Below are positions 37,138-45,999 of a stretch of 64,000 nt of DNA, in pieces. The stretch is taken from IMG/VR virus record IMGVR_UViG_3300028197_000871. One strand, given 5' to 3'. Every line of letters starts with the position of its first letter. Position 1 is the first letter of the stretch. This DNA is from an uncultured virus (IMG/VR IMGVR_UViG_3300028197_000871) (taxonomy: Duplodnaviria; Heunggongvirae; Uroviricota; Caudoviricetes). The notes beneath the pieces were generated by a model, which did not search any database, was not told the origin of the DNA, and saw only the letters and a program-made list of their open reading frames with translations. The position numbers and the translations under genes were made by a program.

Positions 37138-39845
37138 TGGATAATCTTGGAGATTTCTTTTCTTCTATAGGAGAAGAGAAAAAGAAGAAGAAAGAAAAGA
37201 CCAAGGAATTAATTGGGGATGTATCCCTAGACGACCTTTTTAGCAATCTCAAAGAAGAAAAAAGTAAACTTCAAAAAAAAGTTGCAAAAAAAGCAAAAGA
37301 AAAAGAAGAATTATTAAAACAAGCACAGATATTTGAATCATTTTTATTTAATGAGACACCAAAGGTAAAAAAAGATACTCAAAAAGAAGTAAAAATTCTT
37401 GAGAAAGGTCTTTTAAACTTAAAAAATACATCTTATAAGTCTATCGATAGACTTATGAAAAGTATTTCTAAAAAATATGATATTACCCCACTTGAATTGC
37501 ACAATCAATTCAAAGAAAAGCATGGGTCAATTCCTGACGATTGGATAAAACACCAAAAAGAAGAAGTAGATACTAGTGATTGGAGAGATGAATATGTACC
37601 AAATGATGTAGAATCTGTAGATATTATTACACCAGAACCATTAGAAGCATCAGAAGGTATTGGTAGTAAATTAGTATCTAAAGAAGAAACTACTATTGAC
37701 AAGTCTCTTCAAATTCTAGATCAACTTGTCACTGAAGAAGAAAAAATAAATGAATCTGAAACTGAAATTGCTCGTCTCAAACGTGAGATGGACCAACTTC
37801 GTAAGATGGTCAATGAATCCACTAGGATTGCTAGCTCTCAAGGTGGTGGGGGAGAAGTTCGCTTAGAATTTTTAGATGATGTTGACAGAGATTCTGCAAA
37901 GGTAGATGGTCAAGCTCTTGTATGGGATTCTAGTGCTAGCACTCTTGGAAAATTTGTTGGTTCTGATTATATTGCATTTTCTGGATATGCTCACACTGCT
38001 GGCATATCAACAATATCACAAGGATTGATTGGAACACCAGATATTGACGTTGACGTTATAACTGCAAACTCAGCAATTTTTTCTGGGAATGTTTCTGTTG
38101 CTGGCACTCTTACCTATGAAGATGTCACTAACATTGATTCAATTGGATTAATTACAGCTAGAAGTGGAATCAAAGTTGGAAGTGGTATCACATTTGAACC
38201 AAATGGCCAAGCAACTTTTGCAGGAATAATTACTGCATCACAATTCTCAGGTTATAATCATCTAGTTGCTCCATATGGTCCTACAACAACCATCAATGTT
38301 CAAGTAGCGACAAAGACATCTGCCCACAGATACTTTGGTACTGGAAGTGGTCAGGGGTATGTTTTAGATGGTATAGAATCTCCATTTCTTACACTTACAC
38401 CAGGAAGAACATATCGTTTTTCTGGATCAGTTGGTGGTAGTCATCCATTCAGATTTTATCTTGATGCTGCAAAATCAACCCAATACAATACAGGTGTTAC
38501 TGTAGGATCTGGTTATGTTGAACTAGAAGTAACAGACACTACACCAACAGTTTTACATTATCAGTGTGCTGCTCATGGTTACATGGGCAATTCTGTACAG
38601 GTTAATTCAAGTAATTCAATTTTACTGAATAGTCAGAATGCATCCCATTACTTAGATTATAATAATTTTACCAATACACCAACAATACCAACTAACAATA
38701 ACCAACTTACAAATGGTGCTGGTTACATTACCAGTGCAGATGGTGGTAATGCTGATCAATTAGATGGCCAAGAGGGAACATACTACCTAAACTACAACAA
38801 TTTTACAAATAAACCCACAATACCAACCAACAATAATGAGTTGACTAATGGTGCTGGATTTATTACCACATCATTTACTAACACCAATCAATTAACAAAT
38901 GGTGCTGGATTTATCACTGGAGTATCCACATTCTCTGGAAGCTATAATGATCTAACCAATACTCCTACAATCCCAACCAACAACAATGAGTTGACAAATG
39001 GGGCTGGTTACATTACTGGGGTGTCTACATTCTCTGGAAGCTATAATGATCTAACCAATACTCCTACAATCCCAACCAACAACAATGAGTTGACAAATGG
39101 TGCTGGATTTATTACAAATAATGTAAGTGGAACTATTACTGCAACAGCATTTAGTGGAGATGGTTCTGGTCTTACAAATGTGGGCATGGACACATCAAAT
39201 GTGTCTGCAGATACTATAATTGTAGTAGGTGTTGCAACTTTCCTTGGCAATGTCACAATTGGTGGTACTCTGACTTATGAAGATGTAACTGACATTGATT
39301 CTGTTGGTATCATTACTGCAAATCAGGGTATCAATATTACTAATGGTGGTCTTCAGATTGTTGGCATTACTACAATTAATGATAATTTAAAAGGCGATGG
39401 TGCTGCTAATATTTTAGGTATCAATTCTGTTACTGCCACATCGTTCCATGGAGATGGTTCTGGTTTAACAAACGTAGGTATGGACACATCAAATGTGTCT
39501 GCTAATACTCTAGTTGTGTCTGGAGTATCAACAGTAGGTGTTGTTACTGGAGCAACATCTATTCAGGCAACAACATACTATGGTGATGGAAGCAAACTTA
39601 CTGGTATCAGTGCTGGTGCAGGTGGTACTGATAATGTATCTTCTGATACTATTCAGTCTGGTATTATAACTGCAACAGAACAATTTTATCCCCCCTCACT
39701 CACATCAGTTCAGAGAGATGGACTAACCTTTAATGTGGGAGCATTTATTTTCAATGAAACAGAAAATAAGTTGCAAATGTATCTTGGTGGTCAATGGAAA
39801 AATCTCGCCTTTGAATTGGACACATATTCTGTTGTTGGTTTATAA
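37137..39845 (+). CDS. Modular fibre-like virion protein (902 aa)
   Basis: Charged N-terminal region, GGGGEVRLEFLDDVD linker, two TYEDVT(N/D)IDS modules, cupredoxin-like domain, PTIPTNNNxLTNGAG repeats. Confidence 0.8.
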   Translation: MDNLGDFFSSIGEEKKKKKEKTKELIGDVSLDDLFSNLKEEKSKLQKKVAKKAKEKEELLKQAQIFESFLFNETPKVKKDTQKEVKILEKGLLNLKNTSYKSIDRLMKSISKKYDITPLELHNQFKEKHGSIPDDWIKHQKEEVDTSDWRDEYVPNDVESVDIITPEPLEASEGIGSKLVSKEETTIDKSLQILDQLVTEEEKINESETEIARLKREMDQLRKMVNESTRIASSQGGGGEVRLEFLDDVDRDSAKVDGQALVWDSSASTLGKFVGSDYIAFSGYAHTAGISTISQGLIGTPDIDVDVITANSAIFSGNVSVAGTLTYEDVTNIDSIGLITARSGIKVGSGITFEPNGQATFAGIITASQFSGYNHLVAPYGPTTTINVQVATKTSAHRYFGTGSGQGYVLDGIESPFLTLTPGRTYRFSGSVGGSHPFRFYLDAAKSTQYNTGVTVGSGYVELEVTDTTPTVLHYQCAAHGYMGNSVQVNSSNSILLNSQNASHYLDYNNFTNTPTIPTNNNQLTNGAGYITSADGGNADQLDGQEGTYYLNYNNFTNKPTIPTNNNELTNGAGFITTSFTNTNQLTNGAGFITGVSTFSGSYNDLTNTPTIPTNNNELTNGAGYITGVSTFSGSYNDLTNTPTIPTNNNELTNGAGFITNNVSGTITATAFSGDGSGLTNVGMDTSNVSADTIIVVGVATFLGNVTIGGTLTYEDVTDIDSVGIITANQGINITNGGLQIVGITTINDNLKGDGAANILGINSVTATSFHGDGSGLTNVGMDTSNVSANTLVVSGVSTVGVVTGATSIQATTYYGDGSKLTGISAGAGGTDNVSSDTIQSGIITATEQFYPPSLTSVQRDGLTFNVGAFIFNETENKLQMYLGGQWKNLAFELDTYSVVGL
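38928..39100 (+). repeat. 74-bp perfect direct repeat (period 99 bp) inside the fibre gene
   Basis: 38928-39001 is identical to 39027-39100. Confidence 0.9.
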
Positions 39846-39848
39846 ATA
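39841..39848 (+). promoter_or_regulatory. T4 late promoter, perfect TATAAATA
   Basis: Exact consensus. Confidence 0.8.
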
Positions 39849-39867
39849 ATAAAAACTCTTGTTTCTA

Positions 39868-40899
39868 ATGAACGAAGATCTGAGAGACTGGTTTGGTTCT
39901 GGTCCAAAAGGTGGTAAGGGTGGTGGTGGATGGGATCGCTACAATTCTAAAGGTGAACGTGTAGGTAAGTGTGCACGTGACGATAAAGATGGAGATGGAA
40001 CTGCTGATGGTCCAAAACCAAAATGTCTATCAAATGAGAAGGCAGCAAAAATGTCAAAAAAAGAAAGGGCATCTGCAGTCAACAGAAAAAGAGCAAAAGA
40101 TCCAGTAGCAGACAGATCAGGGAAAGGAGGAAAACCCATCATGACTTCAAATAAAATTAAGGAAAGTTCATCTCCAATGGTGAGACAAATTCTTGAAAAA
40201 ATTGAATGTGAAAAAGAGTGGAGTCTTGTAGAGGAGAATAAACCTACCAACCCCGCACTTTGGTCTAAGTTTAAATCACAAGCAAAAGCAAAGTTTGATG
40301 TATATCCATCTGCTTATGCTAATGGTTGGGCTGCCAAAAAGTATAAGGCAGCTGGTGGTGGATGGAAGTCTACCAAGTCTGAAGAAGTAGAAGTGAAAAA
40401 TTATACTATTGAGGAAGCAATTGAAACAGTGAGGTCTCGTACTGGTCAAGTATATGCAGTAGGATTTGTGTTCAGAGGCAAGTATATGATGGCAAAGGTA
40501 TTCTTCCCAAGTCCTAAGAGACCTAGCAGGGATGAGGTACAAACAGCATTAGACAAGATTTATCCTGGTTCTAGGTTGCAGAGATTTGATATGTCTCACA
40601 TTGACTACTCAGACCCTTATATCAATATGCCTGTAAAAGAGGAAGTTGAAGAGATTGAAGAGAAGTCTGCTGCATGGCAGCGCAAAGAGGGTAAGAATAA
40701 AGAAGGAGGATTAAATGAAAAAGGGCGTAAATCTTATGAAAGAGAGAATCCTGGCTCTGATCTTAAAGCACCTCAACCTGAAGGTGGACCTAGAAAAAGA
40801 TCTTTCTGCGCCAGGATGAGTGGCAACAAAGGTCCTATGAAAGACGAAAAGGGTAGACCAACTCGTAAAGCTCTTGCCCTTAGAAAGTGGAAATGTTAA
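39868..40899 (+). CDS. Multi-module basic/acidic hypothetical protein, possibly an internal head protein
   Basis: ATG 39868 (MNEDLRDWF); modules YPSAYANGW..KYKAAGGGW and AWQRKEGKN..RKRSFCARMSG..ALRKWKC. Confidence 0.75.
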   Translation: MNEDLRDWFGSGPKGGKGGGGWDRYNSKGERVGKCARDDKDGDGTADGPKPKCLSNEKAAKMSKKERASAVNRKRAKDPVADRSGKGGKPIMTSNKIKESSSPMVRQILEKIECEKEWSLVEENKPTNPALWSKFKSQAKAKFDVYPSAYANGWAAKKYKAAGGGWKSTKSEEVEVKNYTIEEAIETVRSRTGQVYAVGFVFRGKYMMAKVFFPSPKRPSRDEVQTALDKIYPGSRLQRFDMSHIDYSDPYINMPVKEEVEEIEEKSAAWQRKEGKNKEGGLNEKGRKSYERENPGSDLKAPQPEGGPRKRSFCARMSGNKGPMKDEKGRPTRKALALRKWKC

Positions 40900-40910
40900 T
40901 TAGGTGATTT

Positions 40911-42572
40911 ATGAGTAATGATGTTTATTTGGGCAATCCCCTTCTCAAGAAGGCAAATACCCCAATTCAGTTCACACAAGAACAAATTGAAGAATATATT
41001 AAGTGTAAAAAAGACCCAGTCTACTTTGCCAATAACTACGTCAAAATTGTAACCTTGGATGCTGGTCTCCAACCATTCAAGACCTATGACTTTCAAAATA
41101 AATTAATCAATAATTTTCATAATAGCAGATTCAACATCTGTAAGATGCCAAGACAGACTGGTAAGTCTACTACTTGTGTATCTTATCTCTTACATTATGC
41201 TGTCTTTAATGACAGTGTTAATATTGGCATCCTAGCAAACAAAGCATCTACTGCAAGGGAGTTGCTGGCAAGATTAGCTACAGCATATGAAAACTTGCCT
41301 AAGTGGATGCAGCAAGGTGTGTTAGTATGGAACAAGGGTAACATTGAGTTAGAAAATGGATCAAAGATACTGGCTGCTTCTACGTCTGCAAGTGCTGTCA
41401 GAGGCATGTCGTTTAACATTCTCTTCCTCGACGAATTTGCTTTCGTCCCAAACCATATTGCAGATGCCTTCTTTGCCTCTGTTTATCCTACTATTACTTC
41501 TGGTAAATCAACAAAAGTCATTATAGTCTCAACGCCTCATGGCATGAACCACTTTTACAGGATGTGGCATGATGCAGAGAAAGGGAAGAATGATTATATA
41601 CCCACTGACGTTCACTGGTCAGAAGTACCAGGAAGAGATGATAAGTGGAAGCAACAAACAATTAAGAACACATCTGAACAACAGTTCAAGATTGAGTTTG
41701 AGTGCGAGTTCTTAGGTTCTATTGATACACTGATTGCTCCTAGCAAACTAAAAACTCTTATCTATGATAATCCTATGACCAGAAATGCTGGTCTGGACAT
41801 CTATGAGCAACCATTACAAGAGCATGATTATGTAATGACTGTTGACGTTGCAAGGGGTGTGGGAGAAGATTACTCTGCATTTGTTGTGGCAGACATTACT
41901 GAGTTCCCACATAAGATTGTGGCAAAGTATAGAAATAATGTTATTAAACCAATGCTATTTCCAAATGTAATTTATGAAGTAGCAAAGAGTTATAATAGTG
42001 CATTTATTTTATGTGAGGTAAATGATATAGGTGACCAGGTTGCAAGTATAATTCAATATGATTTAGAGTATCAGAACCTATTAATGTGTTCTATGAGAGG
42101 TAGGGCAGGTCAAATTGTTGGACAGGGTTTCTCTGGCAATAAAACACAACTTGGTGTTAAGATGAGTAAGACTGTCAAGAAGGTAGGGTCACTCAACCTC
42201 AAGACAATGATTGAAGAAGATAAACTTATCTTCAATGACTATGAGATTATTTCAGAACTGACCACATTTATATCTAAACACAATTCATTTGAGGCAGAAG
42301 AGGGTTGTAATGATGACCTTGCTATGTGTTTAGTCATCTATGCTTGGTTAGTAGCACAAGATTACTTTAAGGAACTAACTGACCAGGATATTAGAAAGAG
42401 ATTATATGAAGATCAGAAGAATCAAATTGAACAAGATATGGCACCATTTGGTTTTATGAATGATGGTTTAGATGAAACTACTTTTGTAGATAATGAAGGA
42501 GATAGATGGTCTACTGCTGATGAGTATGGTACAACTGGTGGTGGTATGGACTATATGTGGAACTGGAGATAA
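40911..42572 (+). CDS. gp17: Terminase large subunit gp17
   Basis: Walker A PRQTGKSTT, Walker B LFLDEFAFV, IIVSTPHG, nuclease motifs VDVARG and NDDLAM. Confidence 0.98.
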   Translation: MSNDVYLGNPLLKKANTPIQFTQEQIEEYIKCKKDPVYFANNYVKIVTLDAGLQPFKTYDFQNKLINNFHNSRFNICKMPRQTGKSTTCVSYLLHYAVFNDSVNIGILANKASTARELLARLATAYENLPKWMQQGVLVWNKGNIELENGSKILAASTSASAVRGMSFNILFLDEFAFVPNHIADAFFASVYPTITSGKSTKVIIVSTPHGMNHFYRMWHDAEKGKNDYIPTDVHWSEVPGRDDKWKQQTIKNTSEQQFKIEFECEFLGSIDTLIAPSKLKTLIYDNPMTRNAGLDIYEQPLQEHDYVMTVDVARGVGEDYSAFVVADITEFPHKIVAKYRNNVIKPMLFPNVIYEVAKSYNSAFILCEVNDIGDQVASIIQYDLEYQNLLMCSMRGRAGQIVGQGFSGNKTQLGVKMSKTVKKVGSLNLKTMIEEDKLIFNDYEIISELTTFISKHNSFEAEEGCNDDLAMCLVIYAWLVAQDYFKELTDQDIRKRLYEDQKNQIEQDMAPFGFMNDGLDETTFVDNEGDRWSTADEYGTTGGGMDYMWNWR

Positions 42573-42793
42573 TGGATTTAGATAAGCAAATCAAACTAGG
42601 TCATTTACTTTTAAATGATAGGAAATGTAGGGTTTGTGGTAAAACCAAAAACTTGATTGATGGATTTTATAGGACAAGAAAAGATAGAGGACCAGTAGCA
42701 TCATCATTTTCTCATGAGTGTAAAGATTGTACCATTGAAAGAATTGTGAAGACAAGAAAATGTAAGAATGACTGGTCATATCCTGATTGGTAG
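42572..42793 (+). CDS. Small zinc-finger protein (CxxC...CxxC)
   Basis: CRVC...CKDC; ATG 42572 coupled to the gp17 stop. Confidence 0.75.
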   Translation: MDLDKQIKLGHLLLNDRKCRVCGKTKNLIDGFYRTRKDRGPVASSFSHECKDCTIERIVKTRKCKNDWSYPDW

Positions 42794-42833
42794 TTATTCA
42801 CTCCACTTTTCCCCAGTCAAAACACTCAAAATC

Positions 42834-42840
42834 CTAAATA
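42834..42840 (+). promoter_or_regulatory. T4-type late promoter (CTAAATA)
   Basis: Upstream of gp18 and its AAGGAG RBS. Confidence 0.7.
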
Positions 42841-42875
42841 TTTTGTAGTAAAACCGAGACTTTAAGGAGAAACAT

Positions 42876-45302
42876 ATGGCTACTCCTCAATTATCTCCAG
42901 GAGTATTAGTCAGGGAAGTTGACTTAACTGTTGGTAGAGCAGAGAACGTCCTTGATAATATTGGAGCTATTGCTGGTCCTTTTCCACTTGGACCTGTCAA
43001 TGAGCCGATCACCATTGAGACACAGCAACAATTCTTGGACACATTTGGAAAACCAATGTCCACAGACAGACAGTATGAGTACTGGATGTCAGCAAATTCA
43101 TTCCTCTCTTATGGTGGTATCCTTAAGGTTGTTAGGGTTGAAGGTTCAAATTTAAACAATGGTAATGCTGGTGTTAACCAAGCATCAAATAATGCTCTCA
43201 GAGTTGATAATTCTGATGACTATGAACTTAATCATAGCAGCACATCTGAGTTCTATTATTCATCCAGAAACCCTGGTTCTTGGGCAAATAATCTGAAGGT
43301 TTGTGTTATTGATGATCAAGCAGATCAAATCCTCAGCATTGGAACAACTAATCCAGGTTCTTTAGGTCTTAGTGTAGGTTTGGGTATCACTGCTCAAAGA
43401 GCAAACATCGTCATTCCAGGTGATGGAGAAACCAACTCATTCAATGGTTCAGTTAAGGGTATTATTACTGGTGTTAGAACTGATAGTATCAATGGTAGTA
43501 GTTCAATTGATGTTAAAGTAACAGCAAGAGTTACTCCTGATGTTCAGAAATTCACTGGTATTGGAGCAACAACCACCTCTATCCAGGCAGAACCAAGTAA
43601 CACAACTCTTTTCCTTAATGGCACTACTGGTGTCACAACTGGTTCTATATTAGTTACCACCAATAACAGTAAGGGAACAGTTACTGGTTTTGGTACTACA
43701 TCAGTTACTCTTGAAGTAGGTATTGCAAATACAATAACAGTTGGTTCTGCAGTCACCTTTGAATCTTTAACAGTAATACCAGGCACTGAAACTCAGATTC
43801 AGTATCAAAATTATAATCCATCAAACTCCTTTGATGCTGGTGATTCAATTTATATCAAAGATGCAAATGGAGTTGCTACAGGAACAAACCCACAGGTTTC
43901 TACTAAAGTAGACTGGTATGATAGTCAGACATTGGGTCTTGAAAATTCAACAGTATTCTGGAAGTCAATAGCACCAAAACCTGTCTCTAACCAGTATGTA
44001 ACTTCAAGAGATGGTGGTGGAGATGGTATCCACGTTGTAGTTATAGATGATGCTGGAGAGGTAACTGGTATTCAAGGTGCAATCCTTGAGAGATTTACCA
44101 GTCTATCTAAAGCAAACGATGCTACTGCTGATGGAGATAATCCAACTAGAACGTTCTACAAAGACTTTATTGCACTGAATTCCAAGTTCATCTTTGCAGG
44201 TTATAGTCCTGCAAATGCATATGATACTCATTGGAAAACAATGCCTGTGGCAACTGGTTTCTCAACTGGATTTACATCCAATACAATTGGTGAGGGTCTA
44301 TGGGGTCTAGATGCACAAGGTGTTCAGTTTAGTGCAGTTGGCAACAACACATATACACTCACAGGTGGTGTTGACTATTCAGTATCAGGTGGTATGCTAG
44401 CAGGATTGAGTGATCTCACTACTGCTTACTACAAGTTTGAAAACAAGGATGAAATTGCTGTTGACTTCCTTCTGATGGGTCCTGGACTTGCACAAAAGTC
44501 ACAATCTCAAGCAAAAGCAAATCTTCTGGTATCTATTGCTGAGAAGAGAAAGGATTGTATTGCAACTATTTCACCACATAGAGATGATGTTGTAAATGTT
44601 ACTAATGCTGCTACACAGACAACCAATGTCCTTGGTTTCTATGCACCAATTAGTTCTTCTTCTTATGCTGTATTTGACTCAGGTTACAAATACACCTTTG
44701 ATAGATTTAATAATGCATTCCGTTATATCCCAACCAATGGTGATATTGCTGGTTTGATGGTTAGGACAGCAATTGATGCTTACCCTTGGTTCTCACCTGC
44801 TGGTGTTCAGAGAGGTATTCTCAACAATGCTGTTAAGATGGCATTTAATCCATCAAAAGATCAGAGAGATTCACTTTATGCATCAAGAATCAACTCTGTA
44901 ATCAACCAAAGAGGTTCAGGTATTGTTCTCTATGGAGACAAGACTGCTCTATCATATGCTTCTGCCTTTGACAGAATCAATGTTAGAAGACTGTTCCTTA
45001 CAGTTGAGCAAGCACTTGAAGGTGCTGCAAACTCACAACTCTTTGAACTCAATGATTCTAACACAAGAGCAAACTTTGTTAACATTGTTGAACCTTACTT
45101 GAGAGATGTTCAAGCTAAGAGAGGTGTTTATGACTTCCTGGTTGTTTGTGATGAATCAAACAACACACCAGATCTCATTGACAACAATGAATTCAGGGCA
45201 GATATCTTCCTGAAGCCAACTAAATCTATCAACTTCATCACACTTACATTTGTTGCCACCAGAACTGGTGTTGATTTCCAAGAAGTTGTTGGTTCTGTTT
45301 AA
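42876..45302 (+). CDS. gp18: Tail sheath protein gp18
   Basis: LSPGVLVREVDLT, PWFSPAG..RG and FDRINVRRLF motifs. Confidence 0.97.
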   Translation: MATPQLSPGVLVREVDLTVGRAENVLDNIGAIAGPFPLGPVNEPITIETQQQFLDTFGKPMSTDRQYEYWMSANSFLSYGGILKVVRVEGSNLNNGNAGVNQASNNALRVDNSDDYELNHSSTSEFYYSSRNPGSWANNLKVCVIDDQADQILSIGTTNPGSLGLSVGLGITAQRANIVIPGDGETNSFNGSVKGIITGVRTDSINGSSSIDVKVTARVTPDVQKFTGIGATTTSIQAEPSNTTLFLNGTTGVTTGSILVTTNNSKGTVTGFGTTSVTLEVGIANTITVGSAVTFESLTVIPGTETQIQYQNYNPSNSFDAGDSIYIKDANGVATGTNPQVSTKVDWYDSQTLGLENSTVFWKSIAPKPVSNQYVTSRDGGGDGIHVVVIDDAGEVTGIQGAILERFTSLSKANDATADGDNPTRTFYKDFIALNSKFIFAGYSPANAYDTHWKTMPVATGFSTGFTSNTIGEGLWGLDAQGVQFSAVGNNTYTLTGGVDYSVSGGMLAGLSDLTTAYYKFENKDEIAVDFLLMGPGLAQKSQSQAKANLLVSIAEKRKDCIATISPHRDDVVNVTNAATQTTNVLGFYAPISSSSYAVFDSGYKYTFDRFNNAFRYIPTNGDIAGLMVRTAIDAYPWFSPAGVQRGILNNAVKMAFNPSKDQRDSLYASRINSVINQRGSGIVLYGDKTALSYASAFDRINVRRLFLTVEQALEGAANSQLFELNDSNTRANFVNIVEPYLRDVQAKRGVYDFLVVCDESNNTPDLIDNNEFRADIFLKPTKSINFITLTFVATRTGVDFQEVVGSV

Positions 45303-45332
45303 TTTTATTAAATAAAAAAGGAGGATTAACCA

Positions 45333-45965
45333 ATGGCAGAAACTAAGTCACTATCACAGTTTAAATCAAGATTGGCGGGTGGCGGTGCCCGCCCCAATCT
45401 ATTTGAAGTATCAGTTCCTACTTTCCCTTCAGCAATCATTGATGCTTGGGGAAGTGGTGACCAATCAGAAAATGGCACCTTTAAATTCATGTGTAAGGCA
45501 GCACAACTTCCTGCTTCAACAATTGCAGAAGTTACTGTTCCTTTTAGAGGCAGAAACCTTAAGGTTGCTGGAGACAGAACATTTGAACCTTGGACAGTCA
45601 CAATCATCAATGATGAGGACTTCCAACTGAGAACAGCATTTGAAAGATGGATGAATGTATTGAGCAAGTTGGATGATGCCACTGGTGTCACCAACCCATC
45701 ATCTTATATGACTGATGCTTATGTTCAGCAACTAGGAAGAGGAGATAGAAGATTCTCCACCACAAACAATGGTGGTCAGTCTTCAGTACTTAGAACTTAT
45801 AAGTTCTATGACATCTTCCCAACTGAAGTTTCAGCAATTGACCTGAGCTATGACACAACAAATGACTATGAGACATTTGATGTAACGTTCCAGGTTCAGT
45901 ACTTCACAATAGGCAATTCCCTTGAATCTTCAGGGTCATCAGCAGGTGAAGCTCTGATTGAGTGA
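45333..45965 (+). CDS. gp19: Tail tube protein gp19
   Basis: GGARPNLFEV and FRGRNLKVAGDRTFEPWTVTIINDEDF motifs; GGAGG RBS; TTAAATA at 45308-45314. Confidence 0.97.
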   Translation: MAETKSLSQFKSRLAGGGARPNLFEVSVPTFPSAIIDAWGSGDQSENGTFKFMCKAAQLPASTIAEVTVPFRGRNLKVAGDRTFEPWTVTIINDEDFQLRTAFERWMNVLSKLDDATGVTNPSSYMTDAYVQQLGRGDRRFSTTNNGGQSSVLRTYKFYDIFPTEVSAIDLSYDTTNDYETFDVTFQVQYFTIGNSLESSGSSAGEALIE

Positions 45966-45971
45966 TAAATA
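45965..45971 (+). promoter_or_regulatory. T4-type late promoter (ATAAATA)
   Basis: Upstream of gp20. Confidence 0.7.
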
Positions 45972-45999
45972 ACTAGACAGACGTCTAGATTAAATCATA

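Noticed and set aside
37255..37430. Poly-A runs as phase-variation or frameshift sites
   Set aside because: The frame stays open, the runs are explained by Lys/Glu codons and no alternative-frame product is evident
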